From the NCBI GenBank assembly GCA_003696775.1, contig RFFS01000125.1, positions 1 through 63,075 of the forward strand: DNA of 63,075 bases, read 5' to 3'. The translations under genes were made by a program, and so were the position numbers. Shown here in pieces: positions 1 to 9,279 of this stretch; the first letter of the stretch is position 1; each line of letters starts with the position of its first letter. The notes beneath the pieces were generated by a model. The model did no database searches, had not been told where the DNA came from, and saw only the letters and a program-made list of their open reading frames with translations. The DNA is from Calditrichota bacterium. Lineage in GTDB: Bacteria; Calditrichota; Calditrichia; Calditrichales; J004.

Positions 1-105
1 GGCGTCGGTAAATGTGGTCATTGCCAGATCAATGATACCTACGTGTGTCAGGATGGCCCCGTTTATCATTATCCCCGTGTTAAACAACTGGAGGAAGCCA
101 TATGA
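1..105 (+). CDS. C-terminal fragment of a hydrogenase-associated FeS/FAD oxidoreductase subunit (group 3b gamma/HydG-like); 5' end lies outside the window
   Basis: Frame 1 is open from the window edge: [34 protein letters not shown]. GxCGxC is the tail of the CGxGxCGxC 2Fe-2S motif of AsrB/HydG-type subunits. Stop overlaps the next start (ATGA, 102-105). Confidence 0.55.
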   Translation, partial: GVGKCGHCQINDTYVCQDGPVYHYPRVKQLEEAI

Positions 106-866
106 ACAAGCCCAAAGTAGCCTTTTTTGATTTTACCAGTTGTGAAGGATGTCAGTTAAACAAATTGAATCTTGAAAACGATTTGCTGAGCTTGTTGGAA
201 CTGGCGGATATCGTTGAATTCCGTGAAGCGATGGATGACCAGGCAGATTTCTATGACGTGGCTTTTATAGAGGGCAGCATCAGTACCCCTACCTGTGTGC
301 AGCGTATTTTTGATATCCGTCGCCGAACAAAATATCTGGTATCTCTGGGCGCATGCGCCGTACAGGGCGGTGTGAACGCCATGCGTAACCTGCAACCGGC
401 CGATGAGGTACAGGAGGCCGTTTACGGTGAGGCCAAATATCTGTTTCCGTCTATACCTGTGCAACCGGTAAGCGCATATGTTAAGGTAGATTTTGAGGTA
501 CGGGGGTGCCCGATGAGCACGCCGGAGTTTCTGCATATTTTCAAATCCATCGTATTGGGGCGCAAACCGGAAATATTTGATCATGCGGTATGCGTGGAAT
601 GTAAATTAAGGGAAAACGAGTGTGTCTTGGACAAGGGAATGTTTTGTCTCGGGCCGGTGTCCCGTGCCGGATGCGAAGCGGTATGCCCGTCCAATGGACA
701 GTATTGCACCGGTTGTCGTGGTTTGGTCAGCAATGCCAATATCGAAGGTGGTATCGCTATGTTGCAACGTTATGGATTTTCTCGTAAGGAGGCCATTAAA
801 AAGCTGGAAATGTATTCCGCTTTAAATGAACGTGTCCATCAAAAGACGGAGTGTGAACATGCATAA
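102..866 (+). CDS. [NiFe]-hydrogenase small subunit, group 3 (delta/HydD-like)
   Basis: N-terminal [11 protein letters not shown] proximal-cluster motif. C-terminal Cys-rich region ([11 protein letters not shown]...[26 protein letters not shown]) for extra FeS clusters. Lies directly upstream of the large subunit. Confidence 0.85.
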   Translation: MNKPKVAFFDFTSCEGCQLNKLNLENDLLSLLELADIVEFREAMDDQADFYDVAFIEGSISTPTCVQRIFDIRRRTKYLVSLGACAVQGGVNAMRNLQPADEVQEAVYGEAKYLFPSIPVQPVSAYVKVDFEVRGCPMSTPEFLHIFKSIVLGRKPEIFDHAVCVECKLRENECVLDKGMFCLGPVSRAGCEAVCPSNGQYCTGCRGLVSNANIEGGIAMLQRYGFSRKEAIKKLEMYSALNERVHQKTECEHA

Positions 867-2166
867 AAACTTAGATATCAACGTGCATCACCTGACGCGT
901 GTGGAAGGGCATGGTAATATTGTGGTGAATATGAAAAACGGCAAGCTGGAAAAAGCCGAGCTGGATATTGTGGAAGCGCCCCGTTTTTTCGAGGCCATGC
1001 TCAAAGGACGCAATTTTAAGGAAGTGGCCATCATCACTTCCCGCATATGCGGTATTTGTTCCCTGGGACATCAAATCACTTCCTTAAAAGCGACCGAAGC
1101 CGCATTGGGACTGGAAGTAAGCGAACAAACAAAAATTTTACGGCGCATACTGATCGACGGCGCCACATTTCAAAGCAATGTGTTGCATGCGCTGTTTTTA
1201 GCGGCGCCTGACTTTTTGAATGTGGGTTCTGTTTTTCAGGTGGTAAGCAGCCATAAAGATGTGGTACTGGCCGCTTTGCGTTTAAAACGTCTAGCTAATG
1301 ACATCGGTGATGTGTTAAGCGGGCGGGCCATTCATCCCATACGTTGTGTCCCCGGCGGTTTTACCATGTTACCCACTGAAGAACAGTTGCGGAAGATAAT
1401 GGATGATCTTAAAGGGCAGGGGATGCAGGACCTGAAATTTATTACCGGAGTTTTGGCTTCACTGGCCGGAGAAATACCACAGTTTGAACGGGAAACGGAA
1501 TACATCAGCCTGAAGGATGCCAATGAATACGCGTTTTATGACGGAGATATCTTCTCTTCCGATACCGGAGCCCGCCCGGTTGAAGATTATTTAGATGTTA
1601 CCAATGAATTTGTGGTGCCGCATTCCACAAGCAAACATGCCCGCTATAACCGTTCTTCCTATATGGTGGGTGCCCTGGCTCGTTTTAATAACAACCATGA
1701 ACAATTGCATCCCGTGGCACGGGATGTAATGAAAGAACTGGGGCTGTCGGCGCCGTGCTACAACCCGTACATGAACACCGTTGCGCAAATGGTGGAAGTG
1801 GCTCATTGTATCGAAAACAGCATTATGCTGATCGATCAATTACTGACAGACGGTATTAAACAGGAAAAACCCGCTGATCATCCCACACGTTATGGACGCG
1901 GTGTGGGGGCCACGGAAGTGCCGCGGGGTATTTTATTCCATGAATATACCTACAATCGTCAGGGTAATATCGAATCGGCGAACTGCATTATACCAACAGG
2001 TCAGAATTTGGAAAACATAGATGACGACATGAAAAAACTGGTACCGGAGATTCTTTCCGAAAGCAAAGAGGCCATTACGCATAAACTGGAAATGCTGGTG
2101 AGAGCATACGACCCGTGCATATCCTGTTCGGTGCATATGTTGGATGTGTCATTTATAGAAGAATAA
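859..2166 (+). CDS. [NiFe]-hydrogenase large (catalytic) subunit, group 3b-like
   Basis: N-terminal RICGICSLGH (RxCGxCxxxH) and C-terminal DPCISCSVH (DPCxxCxxH) NiFe-ligand motifs. Start moved to the ATG at 859 ([19 protein letters not shown]), which overlaps the small-subunit stop by 8 nt and has GGAG upstream. Confidence 0.9.
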   Translation: MHKNLDINVHHLTRVEGHGNIVVNMKNGKLEKAELDIVEAPRFFEAMLKGRNFKEVAIITSRICGICSLGHQITSLKATEAALGLEVSEQTKILRRILIDGATFQSNVLHALFLAAPDFLNVGSVFQVVSSHKDVVLAALRLKRLANDIGDVLSGRAIHPIRCVPGGFTMLPTEEQLRKIMDDLKGQGMQDLKFITGVLASLAGEIPQFERETEYISLKDANEYAFYDGDIFSSDTGARPVEDYLDVTNEFVVPHSTSKHARYNRSSYMVGALARFNNNHEQLHPVARDVMKELGLSAPCYNPYMNTVAQMVEVAHCIENSIMLIDQLLTDGIKQEKPADHPTRYGRGVGATEVPRGILFHEYTYNRQGNIESANCIIPTGQNLENIDDDMKKLVPEILSESKEAITHKLEMLVRAYDPCISCSVHMLDVSFIEE

Positions 2167-2170
2167 AAAC

Positions 2171-2641
2171 ATGGTCACTGTAATAGGCATAGGCAATCGT
2201 TTACGTGGTGATGATGCCGTGGGTCCGGTCGTTATAGACCGTTTGCAAAACAGTTTGTCTGCCGAAAACCTGAAACTGGCGGAATTGGACAGTGATGCGT
2301 TTGCGTTACTTGATTATTTATTAAATGAGGAATATATCATTTTGGTGGATTGCGCTCAAATGGGGGCCGTTCCGGGTACGGTTAAAACTTTTCCCCTGGA
2401 AAAAGCGCGTCTGTCGGGTTCCGAACATTTAGTGAGTTTGCACGGATTCAGTTTCGCGGAAATTCATGAGATGGCTGCCGGTTTGGGGGCGGCGGCCCGC
2501 TGCACCATTGTAGGCATCCAGCCCGCTAACGTACGTTTTGGCGATAAACTATCACCGGAAGTGGAACAGGTCATACCCCGTGTGCTCGAAATTATAAAGA
2601 GGGAGGCAAAATTGTATGAAAAAGAAAATATTAGTCATTGA
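2171..2641 (+). CDS. Hydrogenase maturation endopeptidase (HycI/HoxW/FrhD family)
   Basis: GIGNRLRGDDAVG N-terminal motif, about 156 aa, 4 nt downstream of the large subunit. Confidence 0.85.
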   Translation: MVTVIGIGNRLRGDDAVGPVVIDRLQNSLSAENLKLAELDSDAFALLDYLLNEEYIILVDCAQMGAVPGTVKTFPLEKARLSGSEHLVSLHGFSFAEIHEMAAGLGAAARCTIVGIQPANVRFGDKLSPEVEQVIPRVLEIIKREAKLYEKENISH

Positions 2642-3002
2642 TGATGATATCGACCTGGTGGAAGCCATGCGGATCACCCTGGAAAACGCCGGATTTGATG
2701 TTATCGACGCCCAAACCGGCGAGCGCGGGGTTGCTCTGGCCCTTGCGGAACACCCCGACCTGATTATCCTGGATATAATGATGGGCAGCCAGGATGAGGG
2801 TTTTCATGTGGCTTACAAAATCCGTTCTCATGAACAAACGCGCGATATACCTGTTATCATGCTTTCAGCGGTGTCCCAGGAAACAGGGTATGCTTTCGAT
2901 CCTGAAAAGGATGAAGATTTTCTACCCGTGCAGGAATTTATTGAAAAACCGGTCAATCCGGCCGCACTGGTGGATAAAGTGAAAGCGCATCTGGGATTTT
3001 GA
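2616..3002 (+). CDS. Stand-alone response-regulator receiver domain (CheY-like)
   Basis: KKILVIDDD, acceptor-type LIILDIMM, conserved Lys in IEKP, and no output domain. Strong SD (AAGAGGGAGG) precedes the ATG. Overlaps the protease gene by 26 nt. Confidence 0.85.
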   Translation: MKKKILVIDDDIDLVEAMRITLENAGFDVIDAQTGERGVALALAEHPDLIILDIMMGSQDEGFHVAYKIRSHEQTRDIPVIMLSAVSQETGYAFDPEKDEDFLPVQEFIEKPVNPAALVDKVKAHLGF

Positions 3003-3004
3003 GC

Positions 3005-4348
3005 ATGCAGGCCAACAGCCCGGGTAGCCATTCGGAACGCCTGCCCTTTCTCACCGCTTCTATTTTAAACGACCGGATAGCCTGGTCCATCCGATTGCGA
3101 TGGCTGGCTTTGACCGGATTTGGGGTGGTGACTTTTTTTGTGCGCCTGGAAGGTTTTGAACATGTATATATTTCCATTTATTATACGTTGGCTTTTTTGG
3201 GGGGCATAAACCTTTTTTATTATATCGTCTATCGATTTAAAGATGATTTTTCCATCCGGGATGAATTTATCTTCCTCACCATTCATATCGTGCTGGATGT
3301 GATTATACTGACCATGTTGATTCATTTCGCCGGTGGCATCGAAAACCCGCTCTATTTTTTTTATATCTTTCATGTCATAATAAGCAGCATTCTTTTTCCT
3401 GGCCGTTGGCCGTATCTGTTCACGTCCTTTGTTTTTGTATTGTTTTTACTTTTGGTTATGGGCGAATTTTATCAGTTTATCCCCCATTATTGTATTTATC
3501 AAAGCGGATTTCATGATAACCCATTGCTTAACGGATTGATCATCGCCATTTTTACCACAACCATCTTTTTAACCACCTATATTGGAACCGGCTTTATGCG
3601 ACTGTTCCGCGGAAGTCAGAATGAAATACAAAAACTCAATCGTCAACTCATGGCTAATGAACAGGAACGTCTCCGTTTTTACCGTTTTACTTCCCATGAA
3701 CTCAAAACACCCGTGGTGGCCATTAAAACCGGTATTGATACGGTATTGAACAGCTTTGGCAGCGATTTACCCCAACAGGCGGTTCATTTGTTGCAACGCG
3801 CATCGCATAGAGCCGGTCAAATGTTGGAGATGTTAAAGGAATTACTGGAATTGGCCCGTTTCCCCGAACAAAACTCCCTTCAGGAAAGGAAGCCATTCGA
3901 TTTGCGCGCATTACTGCATCGTCTTGTGGACAGTTTCAGGGAAACCGCGACGGCGCGTGGCGTTCATATGGACGTGCATATGCCCGAAGACCCGGTTATT
4001 ATATCCGCCGTGGAGAAGGATATACAAACGGTATTTAATAATCTGATCAGTAATGCCATCCGATATAACAAAAAAGATGGCCGGGTGGTTATTGTCCTTT
4101 CCCATACGTCTGACGGTGTGACGGTGGAGGTCAGTGATACGGGGATCGGGATTCCCGTTGAGCAGCAGAACAAAATTTTTGAACCTTTTTTCCGAACCGC
4201 GGAAGCCAAACAACACGTATCCGACGGCACGGGGTTGGGATTGAGTCTGACCCGGCAGATTATTGAAAAATCAGGAGGGGCCATATATGTGGATTCCCGT
4301 CCGGGTGAGGGGACCCGTTTTAAGGTATTTTTACCGGGGGGCAATTAA
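3005..4348 (+). CDS. Membrane sensor histidine kinase (multi-TM N-terminus + HisKA + HATPase_c)
   Basis: H-box FTSHELKTP, N-box LISNAIRYN, G1 DTGIGI, G2 GTGLGL, and several hydrophobic helices in the first ~200 aa. ATG at 3005 preferred; an in-frame TTG at 2999 is an alternative. Confidence 0.85.
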   Translation: MQANSPGSHSERLPFLTASILNDRIAWSIRLRWLALTGFGVVTFFVRLEGFEHVYISIYYTLAFLGGINLFYYIVYRFKDDFSIRDEFIFLTIHIVLDVIILTMLIHFAGGIENPLYFFYIFHVIISSILFPGRWPYLFTSFVFVLFLLLVMGEFYQFIPHYCIYQSGFHDNPLLNGLIIAIFTTTIFLTTYIGTGFMRLFRGSQNEIQKLNRQLMANEQERLRFYRFTSHELKTPVVAIKTGIDTVLNSFGSDLPQQAVHLLQRASHRAGQMLEMLKELLELARFPEQNSLQERKPFDLRALLHRLVDSFRETATARGVHMDVHMPEDPVIISAVEKDIQTVFNNLISNAIRYNKKDGRVVIVLSHTSDGVTVEVSDTGIGIPVEQQNKIFEPFFRTAEAKQHVSDGTGLGLSLTRQIIEKSGGAIYVDSRPGEGTRFKVFLPGGN

Positions 4349-4350
4349 CA

Positions 4351-4815
4351 ATGAAAATCGGCGGTTTATTGGAACGAAACGGATTAACCTTATATCAAAT
4401 CCGATCCCGGCGGGATCAACCCGGCATGGCGGCGACCATACTGAAATTTTACGCCCGGCGGCAAATCAATATAGAATATCTTACGGAAGCAGGCTCGCCA
4501 CAGGGTGATGCGGTGCTTCATGTCTGTATCGATGACGATCATTTTGAAGAAGTGCAAGAATTTATGCGTGAAAATCCGATGGCGATTAAGGATTTACAGA
4601 TACATTATGAACGTCATATGAGCACCATTGGCATTTACGGGCCGCATTTCCGGGAAAAACCCGGGATCGGCGCGCGCTTTTGCTCATTGTTGGGCAATGC
4701 CGGAATCAATATCCATGGCATATCCAGCAGTATTTCCTCGATATGTTGTGTTATAAAAACCGTTCACATCGAAGATGCCCGTCGCGCCATCCTTTCTTAT
4801 TTCCGGTTACCCTAA
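4351..4815 (+). CDS. Tandem ACT-domain protein (aspartokinase regulatory-domain-like)
   Basis: About 154 aa with two ACT-like beta-alpha-beta-beta-alpha-beta repeats (PGMAATILKFYARRQINIEYL... and PGIGARFCSLLGNAGINIHGIS). Starts 2 nt after the kinase stop. Confidence 0.6.
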   Translation: MKIGGLLERNGLTLYQIRSRRDQPGMAATILKFYARRQINIEYLTEAGSPQGDAVLHVCIDDDHFEEVQEFMRENPMAIKDLQIHYERHMSTIGIYGPHFREKPGIGARFCSLLGNAGINIHGISSSISSICCVIKTVHIEDARRAILSYFRLP

Positions 4816-4893
4816 ACCGACTTCATTTAAAAAATACGGCTGAATAAATCATCTTTTTGTTTTAAATTGCCTGCCTTACAACAGGGAGGCACC

Positions 4894-5718
4894 ATGCGCA
4901 CTTTGCAAAATAAAACATATATCATTACGGGCGCCAGCAGAGGGATCGGCCGCGCCATTGCCATACGCCTGGCCCGTGCCGGCGCATCGGTTGTGGCTGC
5001 CGCTAAAACCACCCGAAAACATCCCAAATTACCGGGCACCCTGCCGGAAACGGTGGAATTGGTGGAAAAAGCGGGCGGAAAAGGACTGGCCGTGCGTACC
5101 GATGTGCGTTTCCCGGAACAACTGGACAACCTGGTGGCCAAAACTATCGCGACTTTCGGACGTCTGGACGGTGTGATTCACAATGCCGGCGCCATTTCTC
5201 TTACACCGTTGGCGGAAACATCCGTCAAGCTTTACGATCGCATGCATCAGGTGAACGATCGCGCGGTTTTCCTGCTTAGCAGGGCGGCGTATCCTTATTT
5301 AAAAGAACATGGCGGACACATCGTCACTCTTTCACCTCCCCTTAACCTTAAAGATAAATGGCTGAAACCGCATATCCCTTATACGGTCAGTAAATACAGC
5401 ATGACCCTGTTGGCCATGGGCATGGCCCTGGAATTCAGGGATGCAAATATCGCCGTCAACAGCATATGGCCGGCCACTCTAATTGCCACGGCGGCCATCG
5501 AATTCGCCGTTGGCGATCGCGCCTTGTTGAACCATTGTCGCAAACCCGACATCATGGCCGACGCGGTTTATGAAATTTTGTGTCGTGATGCGCGGACATT
5601 AACCGGACAAGCATTGATCGATCAATCTTTTTTGGAGCAATGCGGTTACAACACGTTTGAATCGTATGCTTATAACCCGGATTATGCCGATAAAATCCAT
5701 CCGGATATTTTCCTTTAG
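4894..5718 (+). CDS. Short-chain dehydrogenase/reductase (SDR; HSDL2-like)
   Basis: TGASRGIGRAIA cofactor motif and YTVSK (YxxxK) catalytic motif. ATG at 4894 is preceded by AGGGAGG. Confidence 0.85.
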   Translation: MRTLQNKTYIITGASRGIGRAIAIRLARAGASVVAAAKTTRKHPKLPGTLPETVELVEKAGGKGLAVRTDVRFPEQLDNLVAKTIATFGRLDGVIHNAGAISLTPLAETSVKLYDRMHQVNDRAVFLLSRAAYPYLKEHGGHIVTLSPPLNLKDKWLKPHIPYTVSKYSMTLLAMGMALEFRDANIAVNSIWPATLIATAAIEFAVGDRALLNHCRKPDIMADAVYEILCRDARTLTGQALIDQSFLEQCGYNTFESYAYNPDYADKIHPDIFL

Positions 5719-5743
5719 GGAAGGCAAGGGATAACGGGCGAAC

Positions 5744-5752
5744 TATAATTTG
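5744..5752 (+). promoter_or_regulatory. Candidate -10 box (TATAATTTG) upstream of the polyamine/PspA cluster
   Basis: Perfect TATAAT followed by TTG, about 60 nt upstream of the 5812 start. I saw no convincing -35. Confidence 0.3.
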
Positions 5753-5811
5753 TAACCCTTAAACGCGCTGTTTAACTTACCGCGCAACAACCATATCGGT
5801 GTATTCAACGA

Positions 5812-7482
5812 ATGACCTCAAAAACTTACACACATCGGAACGCCGGACGCATGCTCTATTTTGCCATGCTGGTTTTGGGAGCAAGCGGTCTGGCCTATGA
5901 ATATTCCTTCAGTAAAGTATCCGCCGATATTCTGGGTAATTCCGTTCAGCAATGGGCGTTGATCATTGGTGTGATGATGTTTTTTATGGGAGTAGGCAGC
6001 GATGTACAAAAATATCTTTCCGATGACAACCTGTTCGACAGCTTTATTTTACTGGAAAGTGTTGTGGCATTATTGGGCGCCACGGGTCCGGTGTTGTTGA
6101 TCTACGCCTACGGGGTTATGCCGCTTCATTTTGTTCTGGTACAATATTTTTTTATCATCAGCATCGGACTGATTATCGGCATGGAAATTCCGTTAATAAC
6201 CCGCATCAACGCCCGATTTTTACCGGAGTTGCGTCTTAATCTGGCGGCGGTATTGAAAATGGATTACATCGGCGCGTTGATCGGCGCTTTGGTATGGGTC
6301 TTCGTTTTGATTACCCGCTTCGAAATCAGCCATGCGGCGTTTATAATCGGCTTTGTCAACTGGGCTGTCGCCCTGATGACGATGATCTTTTTTTATAAGG
6401 AAATACGCCGCAAATTATGGGTATGGTTGTTCACCTGGCTGACGGGCATCGCTTTGATCATCGGTTTTTTTAATGTGAAACACTGGCGTGTGGAGGCCGA
6501 GCAATACCTCTACCGCGATCCGGTAATTTACAGCCATACCACGCCTTATCAGCATATCGTATTAACCAAAACCCAAAACGGTGATATCTATTGTTATATC
6601 AACGGCCATTTGCAGTTTTACAGTGGCGATGAGTTCATATACCACGAAAACCTGGTGCATGGTGTCATGGCCGTGGCGCCGGAGCGCGCCCGGGTGCTTA
6701 TTTTAGGTGGCGGTGACGGACTGGCGTTGCGTGAGGTGCTCAAATATCGCGATGTCCGGCTTGTTACCCTGTGTGACCTGGATGTGCAAATGACCACACT
6801 GGCTAAAACACAACCGGAATTGCAACATCTTAATCGGCATGCCTTTTGGGATGACCGCCTGCATGTGGTGCAAAAACCCGACGTGCAACCGGGAGCGCCT
6901 TATACGGTTTACAGCCGCAACCGAAACATCCTGTGGCGCGGCGGGGCTGATTCCGTGGCCACGGTGCATGTGATAAATATGGACGCGGCGCGGTTTCTGG
7001 AGCGCATTTCCGGTACCTACGATGTGATCATCATTGATTTTCCCGATCCCAACGCGCCGGAACTTTCGCACCTTTATTCCCGTACCTTCTACGAGCATGT
7101 ACGTAAAAAATTAAGCCGGAACGGCCTGATGATCCAACAATCCACATCCCCTTACCACGCCCGTGAGGTATTTTTATGCATAGGGAAAACCATGCGTGCC
7201 GCCGGTTTAAGCACGTTGCCGTTAAAGGACAATGTGCCCAGCTTTGGGGAGTGGGGCTGGTGGATTGCCGGGCGCAACGATGTTTATTCGCCTTCAAACT
7301 TGCGCCAACGAATAAACAACGTCGATACTCTGACCGTCCCGACGCATTATCTGACCGCGGCAACACTCAAAAGCAATCTGATTTTCCCTAAAGGTATTCT
7401 GCCCGATGAGACCATCGAAGTGAATGCGCTTGGTACGAATATAATTTATCGTTATTATCAGATGGCATGGCAAAATGAATAA
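5812..7482 (+). CDS. Polytopic-membrane + spermidine-synthase-fold fusion (polyamine aminopropyltransferase-like)
   Basis: About 220 aa of hydrophobic helices, then SpeE-type motifs: LILGGGDGLALRE (SAM/dcSAM site), LCDLD, IIIDFPDP. Confidence 0.8.
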   Translation: MTSKTYTHRNAGRMLYFAMLVLGASGLAYEYSFSKVSADILGNSVQQWALIIGVMMFFMGVGSDVQKYLSDDNLFDSFILLESVVALLGATGPVLLIYAYGVMPLHFVLVQYFFIISIGLIIGMEIPLITRINARFLPELRLNLAAVLKMDYIGALIGALVWVFVLITRFEISHAAFIIGFVNWAVALMTMIFFYKEIRRKLWVWLFTWLTGIALIIGFFNVKHWRVEAEQYLYRDPVIYSHTTPYQHIVLTKTQNGDIYCYINGHLQFYSGDEFIYHENLVHGVMAVAPERARVLILGGGDGLALREVLKYRDVRLVTLCDLDVQMTTLAKTQPELQHLNRHAFWDDRLHVVQKPDVQPGAPYTVYSRNRNILWRGGADSVATVHVINMDAARFLERISGTYDVIIIDFPDPNAPELSHLYSRTFYEHVRKKLSRNGLMIQQSTSPYHAREVFLCIGKTMRAAGLSTLPLKDNVPSFGEWGWWIAGRNDVYSPSNLRQRINNVDTLTVPTHYLTAATLKSNLIFPKGILPDETIEVNALGTNIIYRYYQMAWQNE

Positions 7483-7506
7483 ACCCATCAACCACCGAGG
7501 TGTATT

Positions 7507-8346
7507 TTGAAGGAAAATGTGTTTAAATATCTGGCCCTGTTCTTTTTCTTTATGGTCATCTGGTCCTTTTGCAGAGGCCCTGAGGAGAGCGTTCAAAACG
7601 GGGATGTGTATGATGTGACCGTGCAAACCCTTACGCCGGCCAGTGAGGGGTTGGACCTAAGAGCGGTTGGCGCTTTGCTGAAAAAGGCTAAGGATGCCGA
7701 GACACTGGAAAAATTGCTGAACGATCCCAAAGAGGGTGTTAATAATCTGGAATTAAACGGCGACGGACAAGTGGACTATATTAAGGTGACGGAATACGGC
7801 AACGGAAATATACGCGGTTTTGCTTTGTCCACGGAACCGGCCAGGGGCGAGGAGCAGGAGATCGCTACCATCGAAGTGGAAAAAAGCGGTGATAAGGCAA
7901 ATGTGGAAATTCAGGGTAACGAACAAATTTACGGTACCCGTCAGTATTATCATTCCAGTTTCGGGTTAACCGACTTTCTCATTATGAGCTATCTGTTCAG
8001 TCCGCATCGTTTTTATATGTCGCCATGGAATTATGGCTATTATCCGGGCTATTATCAACCCTGGCGTACCGCGGATTATAACCGATACCGTCACCGGGTT
8101 TCCCAATACAGTAAAAGTGCCGGTTTTCGGTTTAGTCGTACGGAGTCCGTTAAAAGTCCGGTAACATCGCCTAAAGCGGGTAAAACCGCGAGCCATGTAC
8201 GTGCGCCCTTAAAAAATCCCACAAAATCGCAAAAAAGTTTTCAGGCACGTACCCGTCAAACCCGGCGCAGCGGCGGTTTTGGACGTTCCTCCTCCGTGCG
8301 TCGCGGCGCCTCGTCCCGTAGTGGCGGTTTTCGTTCCGGTAAATAA
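7507..8346 (+). CDS. Hypothetical anchored/secreted protein with aromatic-rich core and Arg/Ser/Gly tail (possibly YjfM/DUF1190-like)
   Basis: TTG start with GAGG 6 nt upstream. N-terminal hydrophobic segment LALFFFFMVIWSFC. WNYGYYPGYYQPW. C-terminal RRSGGFGRSSSVRRGASSRSGGFRSGK. Confidence 0.55.
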   Translation: MKENVFKYLALFFFFMVIWSFCRGPEESVQNGDVYDVTVQTLTPASEGLDLRAVGALLKKAKDAETLEKLLNDPKEGVNNLELNGDGQVDYIKVTEYGNGNIRGFALSTEPARGEEQEIATIEVEKSGDKANVEIQGNEQIYGTRQYYHSSFGLTDFLIMSYLFSPHRFYMSPWNYGYYPGYYQPWRTADYNRYRHRVSQYSKSAGFRFSRTESVKSPVTSPKAGKTASHVRAPLKNPTKSQKSFQARTRQTRRSGGFGRSSSVRRGASSRSGGFRSGK

Positions 8347-8360
8347 ACAAGAGGTTCATA

Positions 8361-9266
8361 ATGGAAAAGTTCATAAACGTATTGTTCGACACGGAGCCGG
8401 TTGCCTGGCTGGTTCAATTTGAAGGTGCGGTCTATTTTGTCGTTGTCTTTCTTATTCTCTATTTCGCCAGGCTAATGTATGACATGTTAACGCCTTTTAG
8501 TCTTAACGATCAATTGACGTCGCGGGATAATAAAGCCGTGGCCGTATCCTTTGGCGGCTATATGGCCGGTGTGTTACTTGTTCTGCTGGGCGTTCTTCAA
8601 AGCGGTGGCGTTGGCAACGGACAGACTCCCGCGCATGTGGATTTAATTAAAGATTTGCTGGATACGCTGATTTGGGGCGTGATCGGAGTCGCGCTACTAA
8701 ATATCGCCCGGTTGATCAATGACACGTTTATCCTGCGTAAATTCAGTGTTATTAAGGAGTTGACGGATGATCGCAATATTGGCGTGGGCGCGGTATTGTG
8801 GGGCGGCTACCTCGGTTCCGCGCTTATTGTACAGGCCGCCATTTCCGGAGAATCCAACGGATGGGGCATGGATATCGCTCTTTCCGTGCTCTATTTTCTG
8901 ATCGGACAGGCCGGATTTATTCTCTACGCTTATATCTTTCAATGGCAAACCCGTTTTGATGTGCATGCCGAAATCGAACGTGACAACGCGGCCGCCGGAG
9001 TCTCTTTCGGGCTGAGTTTATTGGCGGTGGGTATCTTGCTGGCGGGTTATCTGCATCATTACGATTCCATTCCGGGCTTTTTTGTCTGGCTTGTCATCAG
9101 TTGGTTTGTGCTGGCCGTCAGTCGATATTTAAGCGATAAATGGGTGCTGCCCGGCGCCTTGCTGGATGAGGAAATCGCGCAGGATGGTAACTGGGGCGCC
9201 GCGTTGGTGGAAGGCAGTATTGCCGTGGTCATTGCCTTGTTGATGATTCCCGTCTTTTTGATTTAA
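8361..9266 (+). CDS. Membrane protein with four tandem DUF350 (YjfL-like) repeats
   Basis: Four copies of the DUF350 pattern, each followed by a Gly-rich TM helix: LTPFSLNDQLTSRDNKAVAVSFGGYMAG; FSVIKELTDDRNIGVGAVLWGGYLG; RFDVHAEIERDNAAAGVSFGLSLLA; LLDEEIAQDGNWGAALVEGSIA. Confidence 0.8.
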   Translation: MEKFINVLFDTEPVAWLVQFEGAVYFVVVFLILYFARLMYDMLTPFSLNDQLTSRDNKAVAVSFGGYMAGVLLVLLGVLQSGGVGNGQTPAHVDLIKDLLDTLIWGVIGVALLNIARLINDTFILRKFSVIKELTDDRNIGVGAVLWGGYLGSALIVQAAISGESNGWGMDIALSVLYFLIGQAGFILYAYIFQWQTRFDVHAEIERDNAAAGVSFGLSLLAVGILLAGYLHHYDSIPGFFVWLVISWFVLAVSRYLSDKWVLPGALLDEEIAQDGNWGAALVEGSIAVVIALLMIPVFLI

Positions 9267-9279
9267 TTTCAGGATACAT

